A stretch of 32,000 bases of DNA from Wigglesworthia glossinidia endosymbiont of Glossina brevipalpis (GTDB taxonomy: Bacteria > Pseudomonadota > Gammaproteobacteria > Enterobacterales > Enterobacteriaceae), in NCBI GenBank assembly GCA_000008885.1, contig BA000021.3:360001-392000 (forward strand). The letters run 5' to 3'. The position numbers and the translations under genes were made by a program. Positions 10,539 through 18,710 of the stretch are shown here, in pieces (the stretch's first letter is position 1; each line of letters begins with the position of its first letter). The notes under the pieces are model-generated. The model had not been told where the DNA came from. It worked only from the letters and a program-made list of their open reading frames with translations, and did not search any database.

Positions 10539-11120
10539 ATGAAAAATTTAATAATTGGAATTAGTGGAGCAAGTGGAGTAATATATGGAATAAGATTATT
10601 GAAAATATTGAAAGAATTAAATTCTGTAATAACTCATTTAATTATAAGTGATTCAGCAAAAAAAACTTTATCTTTAGAAACAAATTTATCTTTAAATAAC
10701 ATTTATAATATGTCAAATGTTATACATAATATCAATGATATTTCTGATAATATAAGTTCTGGATCATACAAAACTATAGGGATGATAATTTTACCTTGTT
10801 CAATAAAAACTTTGTCTGGAATAGTAAATAGTTATAATGATAATTTATTAATTAGAGCAGCAGATGTAGTATTAAAAGAAAAAAGAAAATTATTATTAGG
10901 AGTAAGAGAAACTCCATTGCATATAGGACACTTAAGACTTATGACTTTAGCTTCGGAAATGGGAGCGATTATTATGCCTCCAATGCCAGCTTTTTATTAT
11001 AATCCTAAAAATATTGATGATATCATAAATCATACCGTAGGAAGATTTTTGGATAAATTTAATTTTAATATCTCAAATAAAATACTAAAAAGATGGAATG
11101 GTGGTGTTAATAAAAAATAA
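10539..11120 (+). CDS. ubiX: flavin prenyltransferase UbiX
   Basis: 193-aa ORF with GISGASG, ILPCSIKTLSGI, RETPLHIGHLRLM and MPPMPAFY. Downstream of purF as in E. coli. Confidence 0.93.
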   Translation: MKNLIIGISGASGVIYGIRLLKILKELNSVITHLIISDSAKKTLSLETNLSLNNIYNMSNVIHNINDISDNISSGSYKTIGMIILPCSIKTLSGIVNSYNDNLLIRAADVVLKEKRKLLLGVRETPLHIGHLRLMTLASEMGAIIMPPMPAFYYNPKNIDDIINHTVGRFLDKFNFNISNKILKRWNGGVNKK

Positions 11121-11190
11121 AATTTTTATTTTTTAATAAAAAAAATAATAATAAACAAAAAATTTATATTTTATTTATTATTATTTTTAA

Positions 11191-11272
11191 TGCCCAAGGC
11201 GGGACTTGAACCCGCACAGCAAAAGCCGAGGGATTTTAAGTCCCTTGTGTCTACCTATTCCACCACCTGGGC
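11191..11272 (-). tRNA. leuZ: tRNA-Leu (anticodon UAA), type II with long variable arm
   Basis: The reverse complement GCCCAGGTGGTGGAATAGGTAGACACAAGGGACTTAAAATCCCTCGGCTTTTGCTGTGCGGGTTCAAGTCCCGCCTTGGGCA folds as a cloverleaf. Acceptor is GCCCAGG/CCTTGGGC, anticodon stem AGGGA/TCCCT with loop CTTAAAA, and T-arm CGGG-TTCAAGT-CCCG. No CCA is encoded. It is a GC island in AT-rich DNA. Confidence 0.93.
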
Positions 11273-11282
11273 TGATTTAAAA

Positions 11283-11354
11283 AGGCGCGTCTCGGAATTG
11301 AACCGAGATTGCTGGATTTGCAATCCATCGCATAAACCATTCTGCCAACGCGCC
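11283..11354 (-). tRNA. cysT: tRNA-Cys (anticodon GCA)
   Basis: The reverse complement is GGCGCGTTGGCAGAATGGTTTATGCGATGGATTGCAAATCCAGCAATCTCGGTTCAATTCCGAGACGCGCCT. Acceptor is GGCGCGT/ACGCGCC, anticodon loop TTGCAAA, T-arm CTCGG-TTCAATT-CCGAG, discriminator U73. No CCA is encoded. Confidence 0.93.
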
Positions 11355-11397
11355 ATAAATAAAATTTTTATTTTATATAAAATATTATTAAATATAT

Positions 11398-11469
11398 AGC
11401 GGAAGACGAGATTCGAACTCGCGACCCTAACCTTGGCAAGGTTATGCTCTTCCTCTAAGCTACTTCCGC
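11398..11469 (-). tRNA. glyW: tRNA-Gly (anticodon GCC)
   Basis: The reverse complement is GCGGAAGTAGCTTAGAGGAAGAGCATAACCTTGCCAAGGTTAGGGTCGCGAGTTCGAATCTCGTCTTCCGCT. Acceptor is GCGGAAG/CTTCCGC, anticodon stem TAACC/GGTTA with loop TTGCCAA, T-loop TTCGAAT. No CCA is encoded. Confidence 0.93.
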
Positions 11470-11529
11470 AATTATTTCTTAATTCAAATGTATTATGACT
11501 CAATAAAAAAAAATCATCAAGATTAATTT

Positions 11530-12078
11530 TTAATTTCTAAATAAATCTCTCCAAGCTATATAAAAATATTTCAACATAGATAAAAATGCTAAAATAGAAG
11601 ATACATATAAAGACAATATTCCAATAATAATAATTATATATGTTTCTTTCCATAAGAGAGAAAAAATCGCTAGCATTTGTATGCTAGTTTTTAGTTTACT
11701 TATTAATGAAACAGATAATAAATTATTTTTACCAATTTCTGCCATCCATTCTCTTAAAGAAGAAATAATAATTTCTCTAATTATCATTATTAATGAAGGA
11801 ATAGTAATCCAAAAAGAATGAAAATATTCAATAATAAGAATTAATCCAATTACTACAATAATTTTATCAGCTACTGGATCTAAAAATGCTCCGAAACAAG
11901 TTGTTTGGTTTAATTTTCTAGCCAAAAAACCATCAAACCAATCAGTTAAAGCTGCTAATATAAAAATTATAGCAGAATAAAAAGAAGCATTACTAAATGG
12001 AAGATAAAAAACAATAATAAAAAATGGTACTATAATTAAACGAAATAAAGTTAAACAAGTTGGTATGTTTAAACGCAT
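11530..12078 (-). CDS. pgsA: CDP-diacylglycerol--glycerol-3-phosphate 3-phosphatidyltransferase
   Basis: 182-aa ORF. It has NIPTCLTLFRLIIVPFF and the CDP-alcohol phosphatidyltransferase motif DWFDGFLARKLNQTTCFGAFLDPVADK. The tRNA trio glyW-cysT-leuZ follows, as in E. coli. Confidence 0.95.
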   Translation of the reverse strand: MRLNIPTCLTLFRLIIVPFFIIVFYLPFSNASFYSAIIFILAALTDWFDGFLARKLNQTTCFGAFLDPVADKIIVVIGLILIIEYFHSFWITIPSLIMIIREIIISSLREWMAEIGKNNLLSVSLISKLKTSIQMLAIFSLLWKETYIIIIIGILSLYVSSILAFLSMLKYFYIAWRDLFRN

Positions 12079-12579
12079 TCTTTATAATTTTTATCAGTTT
12101 TTATATTGATATTAAATATTTATTTTGTTGTTGTCATTAAAATTTTAATAAATTTATTATTAATAATAAATATTAAAATTAATTTAATGTAAATAAATAT
12201 TTTATATTCAAATTGTATTTGATTTATTTTTTTAATATAAAATAAAAATTTTATTTAAAAAATAAAAAATTAAATATATATTTAAATAATATTGATTTTA
12301 ATTTAAATAAATTTGTTAATTTAATATAAAAATTATATTTATTTTTTTAAATTGATATCAATAAAATTGATTCTTTTTGAGATAATTATTTTAAATACTA
12401 TTTTTATTTAATAAATTTACAAATAAATTATGTAACATATAAATTTTTTAAATTAAAAGTTGATAGTACTATTTTTATAGTATAAAGTAATATTTCTTCT
12501 AATTAAAAAACAATATATCTGTTTTATTATTTTTTATAAAATATTTCGATTGAATTAATATTCAAATATAAAGGCTGAT

Positions 12580-13737
12580 ATGAATCAATATTTATTTACA
12601 TCTGAATCAGTTTCAGAGGGACATCCAGATAAAATTGCAGATCAAATTTCTGATACTATTTTGGACGCCATTTTAACACAAGATAAAAAAGCAAGAGTGG
12701 CATGCGAAACATACATTAAAACTGGAATGGTATTAGTAGGAGGAGAAGTTAATTCTTATGCTAAAATAGACATTGAAGAATTAATACGCAATACAATTAA
12801 AGATATAGGTTATATAAATTCCAATATGGGATTTGATGCTAATTCTTGCGCAATATTAAATAATATTAGTAAGCAGTCAAAGGATATTGAAAAAGGATTA
12901 AATCAATTAGATCCTTATATGCAGGGAGCTGGAGATCAAGGTATAATTTTTGGATATGCAACAAATGAAACTGAAACATTTATGCCAGCTCCAATCACTT
13001 ATGCAAATAAATTAATGATTAGGCAATCAGAAGTAAGAAAAAAAAATATACTTCCTTGGTTAAGGCCAGATGCAAAAAGTCAAATAACTTTCATATATGA
13101 AAATAAAAAAATTGTTGGAATAGATACTGTGATTATTTCCAGTCAACATTCTGAAGAAATAAATTTATCTGATTTAAGAGAAGGCATAATGGAAGAAATA
13201 ATTCAACCAATCTTGCCAAAAAAATGGATATCAAATAAAACAAAATATTTTATCAACCCAACAGGAAGATTTGTTATAGGAGGTCCAATGGGAGATTGTG
13301 GGTTGACAGGAAGAAAAATAATTGTTGATACATACGGAGGAATGGCAAGACATGGAGGAGGTTCTTTTTCTGGTAAAGATCCATCCAAAGTAGATAGATC
13401 TGCTGCATATGCATTAAGATATGTTGCTAAAAATATCGTAGCTTCTGGATTAGCTGATCGTTGCGAGATACAAATTTCTTATGCCATTGGTGTGTCAAAT
13501 CCTATTTCAATTTTCATTGAAACATTTGGAACTCAAAAAATTTCTAATAAAAAATTAATTAATTTAATACATGAAAATTTTGATTTACGTCCACATGGAT
13601 TGATTGTTATGCTAGATCTATTAAAACCTATATATAGAGAAACTGCAGTTTACGGTCATTTTAGCAAAATTCATTTTCCGTGGGAAAAAATAGATAAAGC
13701 TAATATATTACGTGATAGTTCTGGAATAAAAATATAA
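12580..13737 (+). CDS. metK: S-adenosylmethionine synthetase
   Basis: 385-aa ORF with [47 protein letters not shown] and [19 protein letters not shown]. Very high identity to E. coli MetK. Confidence 0.98.
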
Positions 13738-13904
13738 AATATTTAAATCTTAAATTCAATATTTAATATTATTTCATATAGAATAAATAATATTATTAAT
13801 TAATATTTTAAAACTGTATTTTTAACTAAATTTAATTAAAAAATATAATTGTATTATTTTTTAATACTTATTTTTCAAAGATTTATAAATGTGTTGAGAA
13901 AAAT

Positions 13905-14555
13905 ATGGAAGTCTTAACAAAAGAAGCTTTACTAGTAAAAAATGCTTTATTAAACAAAGGCATAGAAACTCCATTTAAAAAAATTTATGAAAAAAATAAA
14001 CCAGATATACATAAAATATCTAAATACATTAAAAAAATAATGGATCTTTTAAATTTAGATTTAAACAATGATAGCTTGTCAAAAACTCCTAATAGAATTG
14101 CTTATATGTATATAGAAGAAATATTTTCAGGTCTAAATTATAATAATTTTCCAAAAATAACATTAATAAAAAATACCTCTAAAATTAATGATTTAATTAC
14201 AGTAAATAATATTGTTTTAAACAGCACATGTGAACATCATTTTTTAATTTTTGAAGGAAAAGCAATTGTATCATATATTCCAGACAAAATTTTAATTGGA
14301 CTATCTAAAATAAATCGCATTGTTGATTTTTTTTCTAAAAGACCTCAAATTCAAGAAAGATTAACTAATCAAATTTTAGTTGCTATTCAAATTTTGCTTG
14401 ATACTAAAAATGTAGCAGTAGCAATTAAAGCTAAGCATCTTTGCGTGAAAGCTCGGGGAATAAAAGATTCTCACAGTAAAACTTTAACTCTATCTTTGGG
14501 TGGAGTTTTTAAATCCAAACAAAACATAAAAAAAGAATTTTTAAAAGATTTTTAA
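13905..14555 (+). CDS. folE: GTP cyclohydrolase I (type 1)
   Basis: 216-aa ORF with [38 protein letters not shown] and CVKARGI. Colinear with E. coli FolE. Confidence 0.95.
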   Translation: MEVLTKEALLVKNALLNKGIETPFKKIYEKNKPDIHKISKYIKKIMDLLNLDLNNDSLSKTPNRIAYMYIEEIFSGLNYNNFPKITLIKNTSKINDLITVNNIVLNSTCEHHFLIFEGKAIVSYIPDKILIGLSKINRIVDFFSKRPQIQERLTNQILVAIQILLDTKNVAVAIKAKHLCVKARGIKDSHSKTLTLSLGGVFKSKQNIKKEFLKDF

Positions 14556-14558
14556 AAA

Positions 14559-15377
14559 TTAGTAAATATTTTTCCACAAATTATAAAAATGATGTATTGG
14601 ACCTATTCCTTTTCCTATATTTAATTTATTTGATTTATATATAGACATCTCTAACCAAGATTTTGATTTTTTTATAGTTTCTTCCCAATTACAAAATTTA
14701 GGCATAAGAGCTGCAATAGCAGAAGATAAAGAACAACCTGTTCCATGTGTATTTTTTGTATTTATTCTTACACCTTTAAATTTAATTTCTTTGTTTTTAG
14801 AAATTAACCAATCTGAGCTTTCTTTGTTATTTTTTAAATGACCTCCTTTCATTAGTACCATGTTACATCCATATTCTAAAATAGCTTTTCCTTGTTCCTT
14901 TAATTGAGATTCATTTTTTGCTATAGAACAATTTAAAATTAAAGAAGATTCTTTTAAATTAGGAGTAACAATAGAAGAAATAGGAAACAATAATTTTTTT
15001 ATCTTGTTTATAGATCTTTTTTTTAATAAACATGATCCATCTTTTGATGACATAACTGGATCTAATATAATCCAAGGTATATAGTATTTCTTAATTTCCT
15101 TATATATTGTTTCAATAATAGCTGAATCATATAACATTCCAATTTTAATTGAATCTATTTTTACATCGCTGAATACAGAATTTATTTGAGATTTTATTAC
15201 ATTTATAGGTAATTTATAAATAGATTGAACTCCTTTAGTGTTTTGAGAGACCAAAGAAGTTATTACTGTTAATCCATATGCACCTAAAGCAGAAAAAGTT
15301 TTTAAATCACATTGAATGCCTGCTCCACATGTTGGATCAGTTCCAGCTATAGATAATATTTTGTAAATTTTTTTCAT
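14559..15377 (-). CDS. thiD: hydroxymethylpyrimidine / phosphomethylpyrimidine kinase
   Basis: 272-aa ORF with AGTDPTCGAGIQCDLKTFSALG, VTPNLKE, LMKGGHL and GTGCSLSSAIAA. This is the ThiD-type ribokinase-fold signature. Confidence 0.9.
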   Translation of the reverse strand: MKKIYKILSIAGTDPTCGAGIQCDLKTFSALGAYGLTVITSLVSQNTKGVQSIYKLPINVIKSQINSVFSDVKIDSIKIGMLYDSAIIETIYKEIKKYYIPWIILDPVMSSKDGSCLLKKRSINKIKKLLFPISSIVTPNLKESSLILNCSIAKNESQLKEQGKAILEYGCNMVLMKGGHLKNNKESSDWLISKNKEIKFKGVRINTKNTHGTGCSLSSAIAALMPKFCNWEETIKKSKSWLEMSIYKSNKLNIGKGIGPIHHFYNLWKNIY

Positions 15378-15562
15378 AAAGTATAATATTTAATGTAAAA
15401 ATAAATTTTAATTAATAAACAATTAATATTTTATTTAAAAAAAATTAATTAACAATATTTTATTATTTTAATATCTATTAAAAAATAAAATTTATAAAAA
15501 TATTTATTATATTTAATTTAGAATATATCATACAAAATAAATATTATATATTAAAAATAAAA

Positions 15563-16402
15563 ATGTTAAATTGTTATCTTGCATTTCCGAAATATGATCC
15601 GATTATTTTTTCTGTTGGAAGATTTTCTGCTCATTGGTATGGATTGATGTATTTAATTGGTTTTTATTTTATCATGTGGTCTTCTATAAAAAGATATAAA
15701 TTAATTTCTTTAAACAAAGAAAAAATAGAAAATATATTATATTTTTCCTTTTTAAATGCTCTTATAGGAGGAAGAATAGGATATGTTATATTTTATAAAA
15801 CAAAAGAAATTTTTTTTAATCCATACTTTATATTTAAAGTATGGGAAGGAGGAATGTCTTTTCATGGTGGATTGTTAGGATCTATAATTTCCATATATTA
15901 TTTTTCAAAAAAATATAATTGTAAATTTTTTAAAATATCTGATTTTTTAGTTCCTTTAATACCATTTGGATTAGGATTTGGAAGAATTGGAAATTTTATC
16001 AATGGAGAATTATGGGGCCGAGTAAATACCTCTTTTTGTTTTACTATGTTGTTTCCTGGTTCTTATGATGAAGATGTTAAATTTCTTTTAAATAATCCTC
16101 ATTTACAAGATGTGTTTGATAAATATCATTTATTGCCTAGACATATTTCTCAATTGTATGAAATGTTTTTAGAAGGTATTTTACTGTTTATTATTTTAAA
16201 TATTTTCGAAAAAAAGAAAAAACCAACAGGATATATGTCAGGTCTTTTTTTAATTTTATATGGTTCTTTTAGAATTATAGCAGAGTTTTTCAGACAACCA
16301 GATCCACAAATAGGATTGATGTTTAATTATATTAGTTTAGGACAAATATTATCAATTCCTATGATATTATATGGATTAATATTAATAATCAATTCAAAAT
16401 AA
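15563..16402 (+). CDS. lgt: prolipoprotein diacylglyceryl transferase
   Basis: 279-aa ORF with FPKYDPIIFSVG, HWYGLMYLIGF, WEGGMSFHGGLLG, GRIGNFINGELWGR and PRHISQLYE. thyA follows 15 bp downstream, as in the E. coli lgt-thyA operon. Confidence 0.95.
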   Translation: MLNCYLAFPKYDPIIFSVGRFSAHWYGLMYLIGFYFIMWSSIKRYKLISLNKEKIENILYFSFLNALIGGRIGYVIFYKTKEIFFNPYFIFKVWEGGMSFHGGLLGSIISIYYFSKKYNCKFFKISDFLVPLIPFGLGFGRIGNFINGELWGRVNTSFCFTMLFPGSYDEDVKFLLNNPHLQDVFDKYHLLPRHISQLYEMFLEGILLFIILNIFEKKKKPTGYMSGLFLILYGSFRIIAEFFRQPDPQIGLMFNYISLGQILSIPMILYGLILIINSK

Positions 16403-16417
16403 AATTTAATTTATTAA

Positions 16418-17212
16418 ATGAAAGAATATTTAGATTTGTTAAATTTGATTTTAAAAAATGGATATCCAAAAATAGATAGAACAAAAACTGGAACTTTATC
16501 TATGTTTGGATATCAAATAAGAATTAATTTAAATGAAGGATTTCCGTTATTAACAACAAAATATTGTCATTTTAAATCAATAGTATATGAATTGCTTTGG
16601 TTTTTAAGAGGGGACACAAATATATCATTTTTAAAAAAAAATAATATTTCTATTTGGAATAAATGGGCAGATAAAAATGGAAACCTAGGTCCAATATATG
16701 GAAAACAATGGCGTGCTTGGGAAGATAAAAAAAATAACACTATTGATCAAATTGAAATAGCTTTAAATAAATTAAAAAAAGAACCTTCTTCTAGAAGAAT
16801 ACTAGTTTCTTCATGGAATGTTGGAGAGTTAGATTTGATGTCCATACCTCCATGTCACGTTTTATTTCAACTATATGTAATAAATAATAAATTGTCTTGT
16901 CAAGTATATCAAAGATCTTGCGATATTTTTTTAGGATTACCTTTTAACATAGGAAGTTATGCTTTGTTGACTCATATTTTTGCTAATCAATGCGATTTGC
17001 TAGTTGAAGATTTAATATGGACAGGAGGAGACATTCATTTATACAAAAATCATTTAAATCAAGCAAAATTACAATTAACAAGATCCCCTTTACCATTACC
17101 AAAAATTTTTATTAAAAAAAAACCTAAAAATTTATTTAATTATGCATTTAATGATTTTTTACTTATTGATTATAATCATCATCCAAAAATAAAAGCTCCA
17201 ATATCAATTTAA
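16418..17212 (+). CDS. thyA: thymidylate synthase
   Basis: 264-aa ORF with [12 protein letters not shown], the catalytic Cys in [11 protein letters not shown], and [21 protein letters not shown]. Same length class as E. coli ThyA. Confidence 0.98.
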
Positions 17213-17213
17213 T

Positions 17214-18644
17214 TTATTTATTTTTTGATTTTTTATTTAAAAAATCAGTAATAGTTCCAGAAAAAATTTCTGATGCTCTTCCTATAGATTCATATAAAGT
17301 TGGATGAGCATGTATAGTTAAAGATATATCATCAACATCACACCCCATTTCTATTGCTAAACTAATTTCTCCTAATAGTTCGCTACTGTTGTATCCAACG
17401 ATAGATCCTCCAATAATTTTTTTATTTTCTTTATTAAATATTAATTTAGTCATTCCTCCTTCATGATGATCTGATGCAATCGCTCTGCCAAGAGCATTCC
17501 AAGGAAACAAAGCAGTTTCGTATGGTATATTAAGATTTATAGCTTCTTTTTCTGTAATTCCTACCCAAGAAATTTCTGGATTTGTATATGCAACAGAAGG
17601 AATAACTCTAGGATCAAAAAAATGATTTTCTCCTGAAATTACTTCTGCTGCAATATGAGATTGATATGATGCTTTATGAGCTAACATTGGATGACCAGTG
17701 ACATCTCCTATTGCGTATATATGAGGTATATTAGTACGCATTTGATTATTTACTTCTATAAAATTTAGATTATTTAATTTAATACCAATTTCTTTAGCTT
17801 TTATTAAATCACCATTAGATTTTCTACCTGTAGAAAACAAAACAGCGTTACAGCATATTTTTTCTATTTTTTTATCATTATTTACAAGTTCGGCATAAAT
17901 ATTATTATCTTCTAAATAAACACTTTTTAATTCAGTATTCAACATGATGTTAAAATTATTTTTTATGCTTTTATAAAATATATTTATTATATCTGTGTCA
18001 ACTGCAGGAATTAATTGATTTGACATTTCTGCTATGTATACTTCAGATCCAAATGAATTATATACTGTAGCCATTTCTAATCCAATTACTCCACCTCCGA
18101 CTATTAATAACTTTTTTGGAATAAATTTAATTTTCAAAGCATCTGTTGAATCCCAAATTTTTTCGTCTGGTTGCAACATAAAATGATTTTTTATAGGAGA
18201 TGATCCTACTGCAATAATGGCATGCTCAAATTTAATTTTTGTGTTTTCTTTTAAGCTTTTTACATTAACTGTATAAGGATCTATGAATTCTCCATATCCA
18301 TGTATAATTTTTACATTTCTTGCTTTAGACATCATATTTAATCCGTTTGTAAGTTTTAATACTACATCGCATTTCCATTTACGGATTTGATTCATATCAA
18401 TTTCACGTTCGTTAAATTTTATTCCAATTTTTTTTAATTTATTTATAGAATTTAAATTATTAGCAATATGTAATAGAGATTTAGATGGTATGCATCCTAC
18501 GTTTAAACACACTCCTCCCAAAGAAGAAAATCTTTCTACTAAAACAGTTTTTAATCCTAAATCAGCACAACGAAATGCTGCAGAATATCCCCCTGGCCCT
18601 GATCCAATTACTAATACTTCGGTATTAATTTTGTTTTCTTTCAT
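17214..18644 (-). CDS. lpdA: dihydrolipoyl dehydrogenase (E3)
   Basis: 476-aa ORF with FAD site GSGPGGYSAAFRCADLG, redox disulfide GGVCLNVGCIPSK, GGGVIGLEM and HAHPTLYES. SD AGAGGA lies upstream. Confidence 0.97.
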   Translation of the reverse strand: MKENKINTEVLVIGSGPGGYSAAFRCADLGLKTVLVERFSSLGGVCLNVGCIPSKSLLHIANNLNSINKLKKIGIKFNEREIDMNQIRKWKCDVVLKLTNGLNMMSKARNVKIIHGYGEFIDPYTVNVKSLKENTKIKFEHAIIAVGSSPIKNHFMLQPDEKIWDSTDALKIKFIPKKLLIVGGGVIGLEMATVYNSFGSEVYIAEMSNQLIPAVDTDIINIFYKSIKNNFNIMLNTELKSVYLEDNNIYAELVNNDKKIEKICCNAVLFSTGRKSNGDLIKAKEIGIKLNNLNFIEVNNQMRTNIPHIYAIGDVTGHPMLAHKASYQSHIAAEVISGENHFFDPRVIPSVAYTNPEISWVGITEKEAINLNIPYETALFPWNALGRAIASDHHEGGMTKLIFNKENKKIIGGSIVGYNSSELLGEISLAIEMGCDVDDISLTIHAHPTLYESIGRASEIFSGTITDFLNKKSKNK

Positions 18645-18710
18645 ATTATCCTCTGTTTAAAAAATTTAATATTTTATTTTAAAAAATTAAAATTAATTTT
18701 TTATAAAATA

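Noticed and set aside
11190-11503. ORF-track ORFs 11190..11399 (+, 69 aa) and 11255..11503 (-, 82 aa).
   Set aside because: They lie exactly over the three tRNA genes. They are open only because the tRNA sequences are GC-rich and lack AT-rich stop codons. They have no homology-like features.
12460-12488. Sigma-70-like promoter upstream of metK: TTGATA, 17 bp, TAAAGT. There is a similar TTGTCA...TAAACT pair at 110-140 upstream of pgk.
   Set aside because: In DNA this AT-rich, -10-like and -35-like hexamers occur every few tens of bases by chance. Without TSS data they cannot be told apart from background. The pgk candidate would also leave almost no leader.
15378-15562. Looked for a TPP riboswitch in the thiD leader. 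Also looked for structured RNA genes (ssrA, rnpB, ffs, sRNAs) in the long spacers 12079-12579, 22876-23536 and 27731-28312.
   Set aside because: These regions contain almost no G/C and no conserved core motifs. Structured RNAs in AT-rich symbionts, such as the tRNAs here, stand out as GC islands, and none is visible. A covariance-model scan would be the decisive test.
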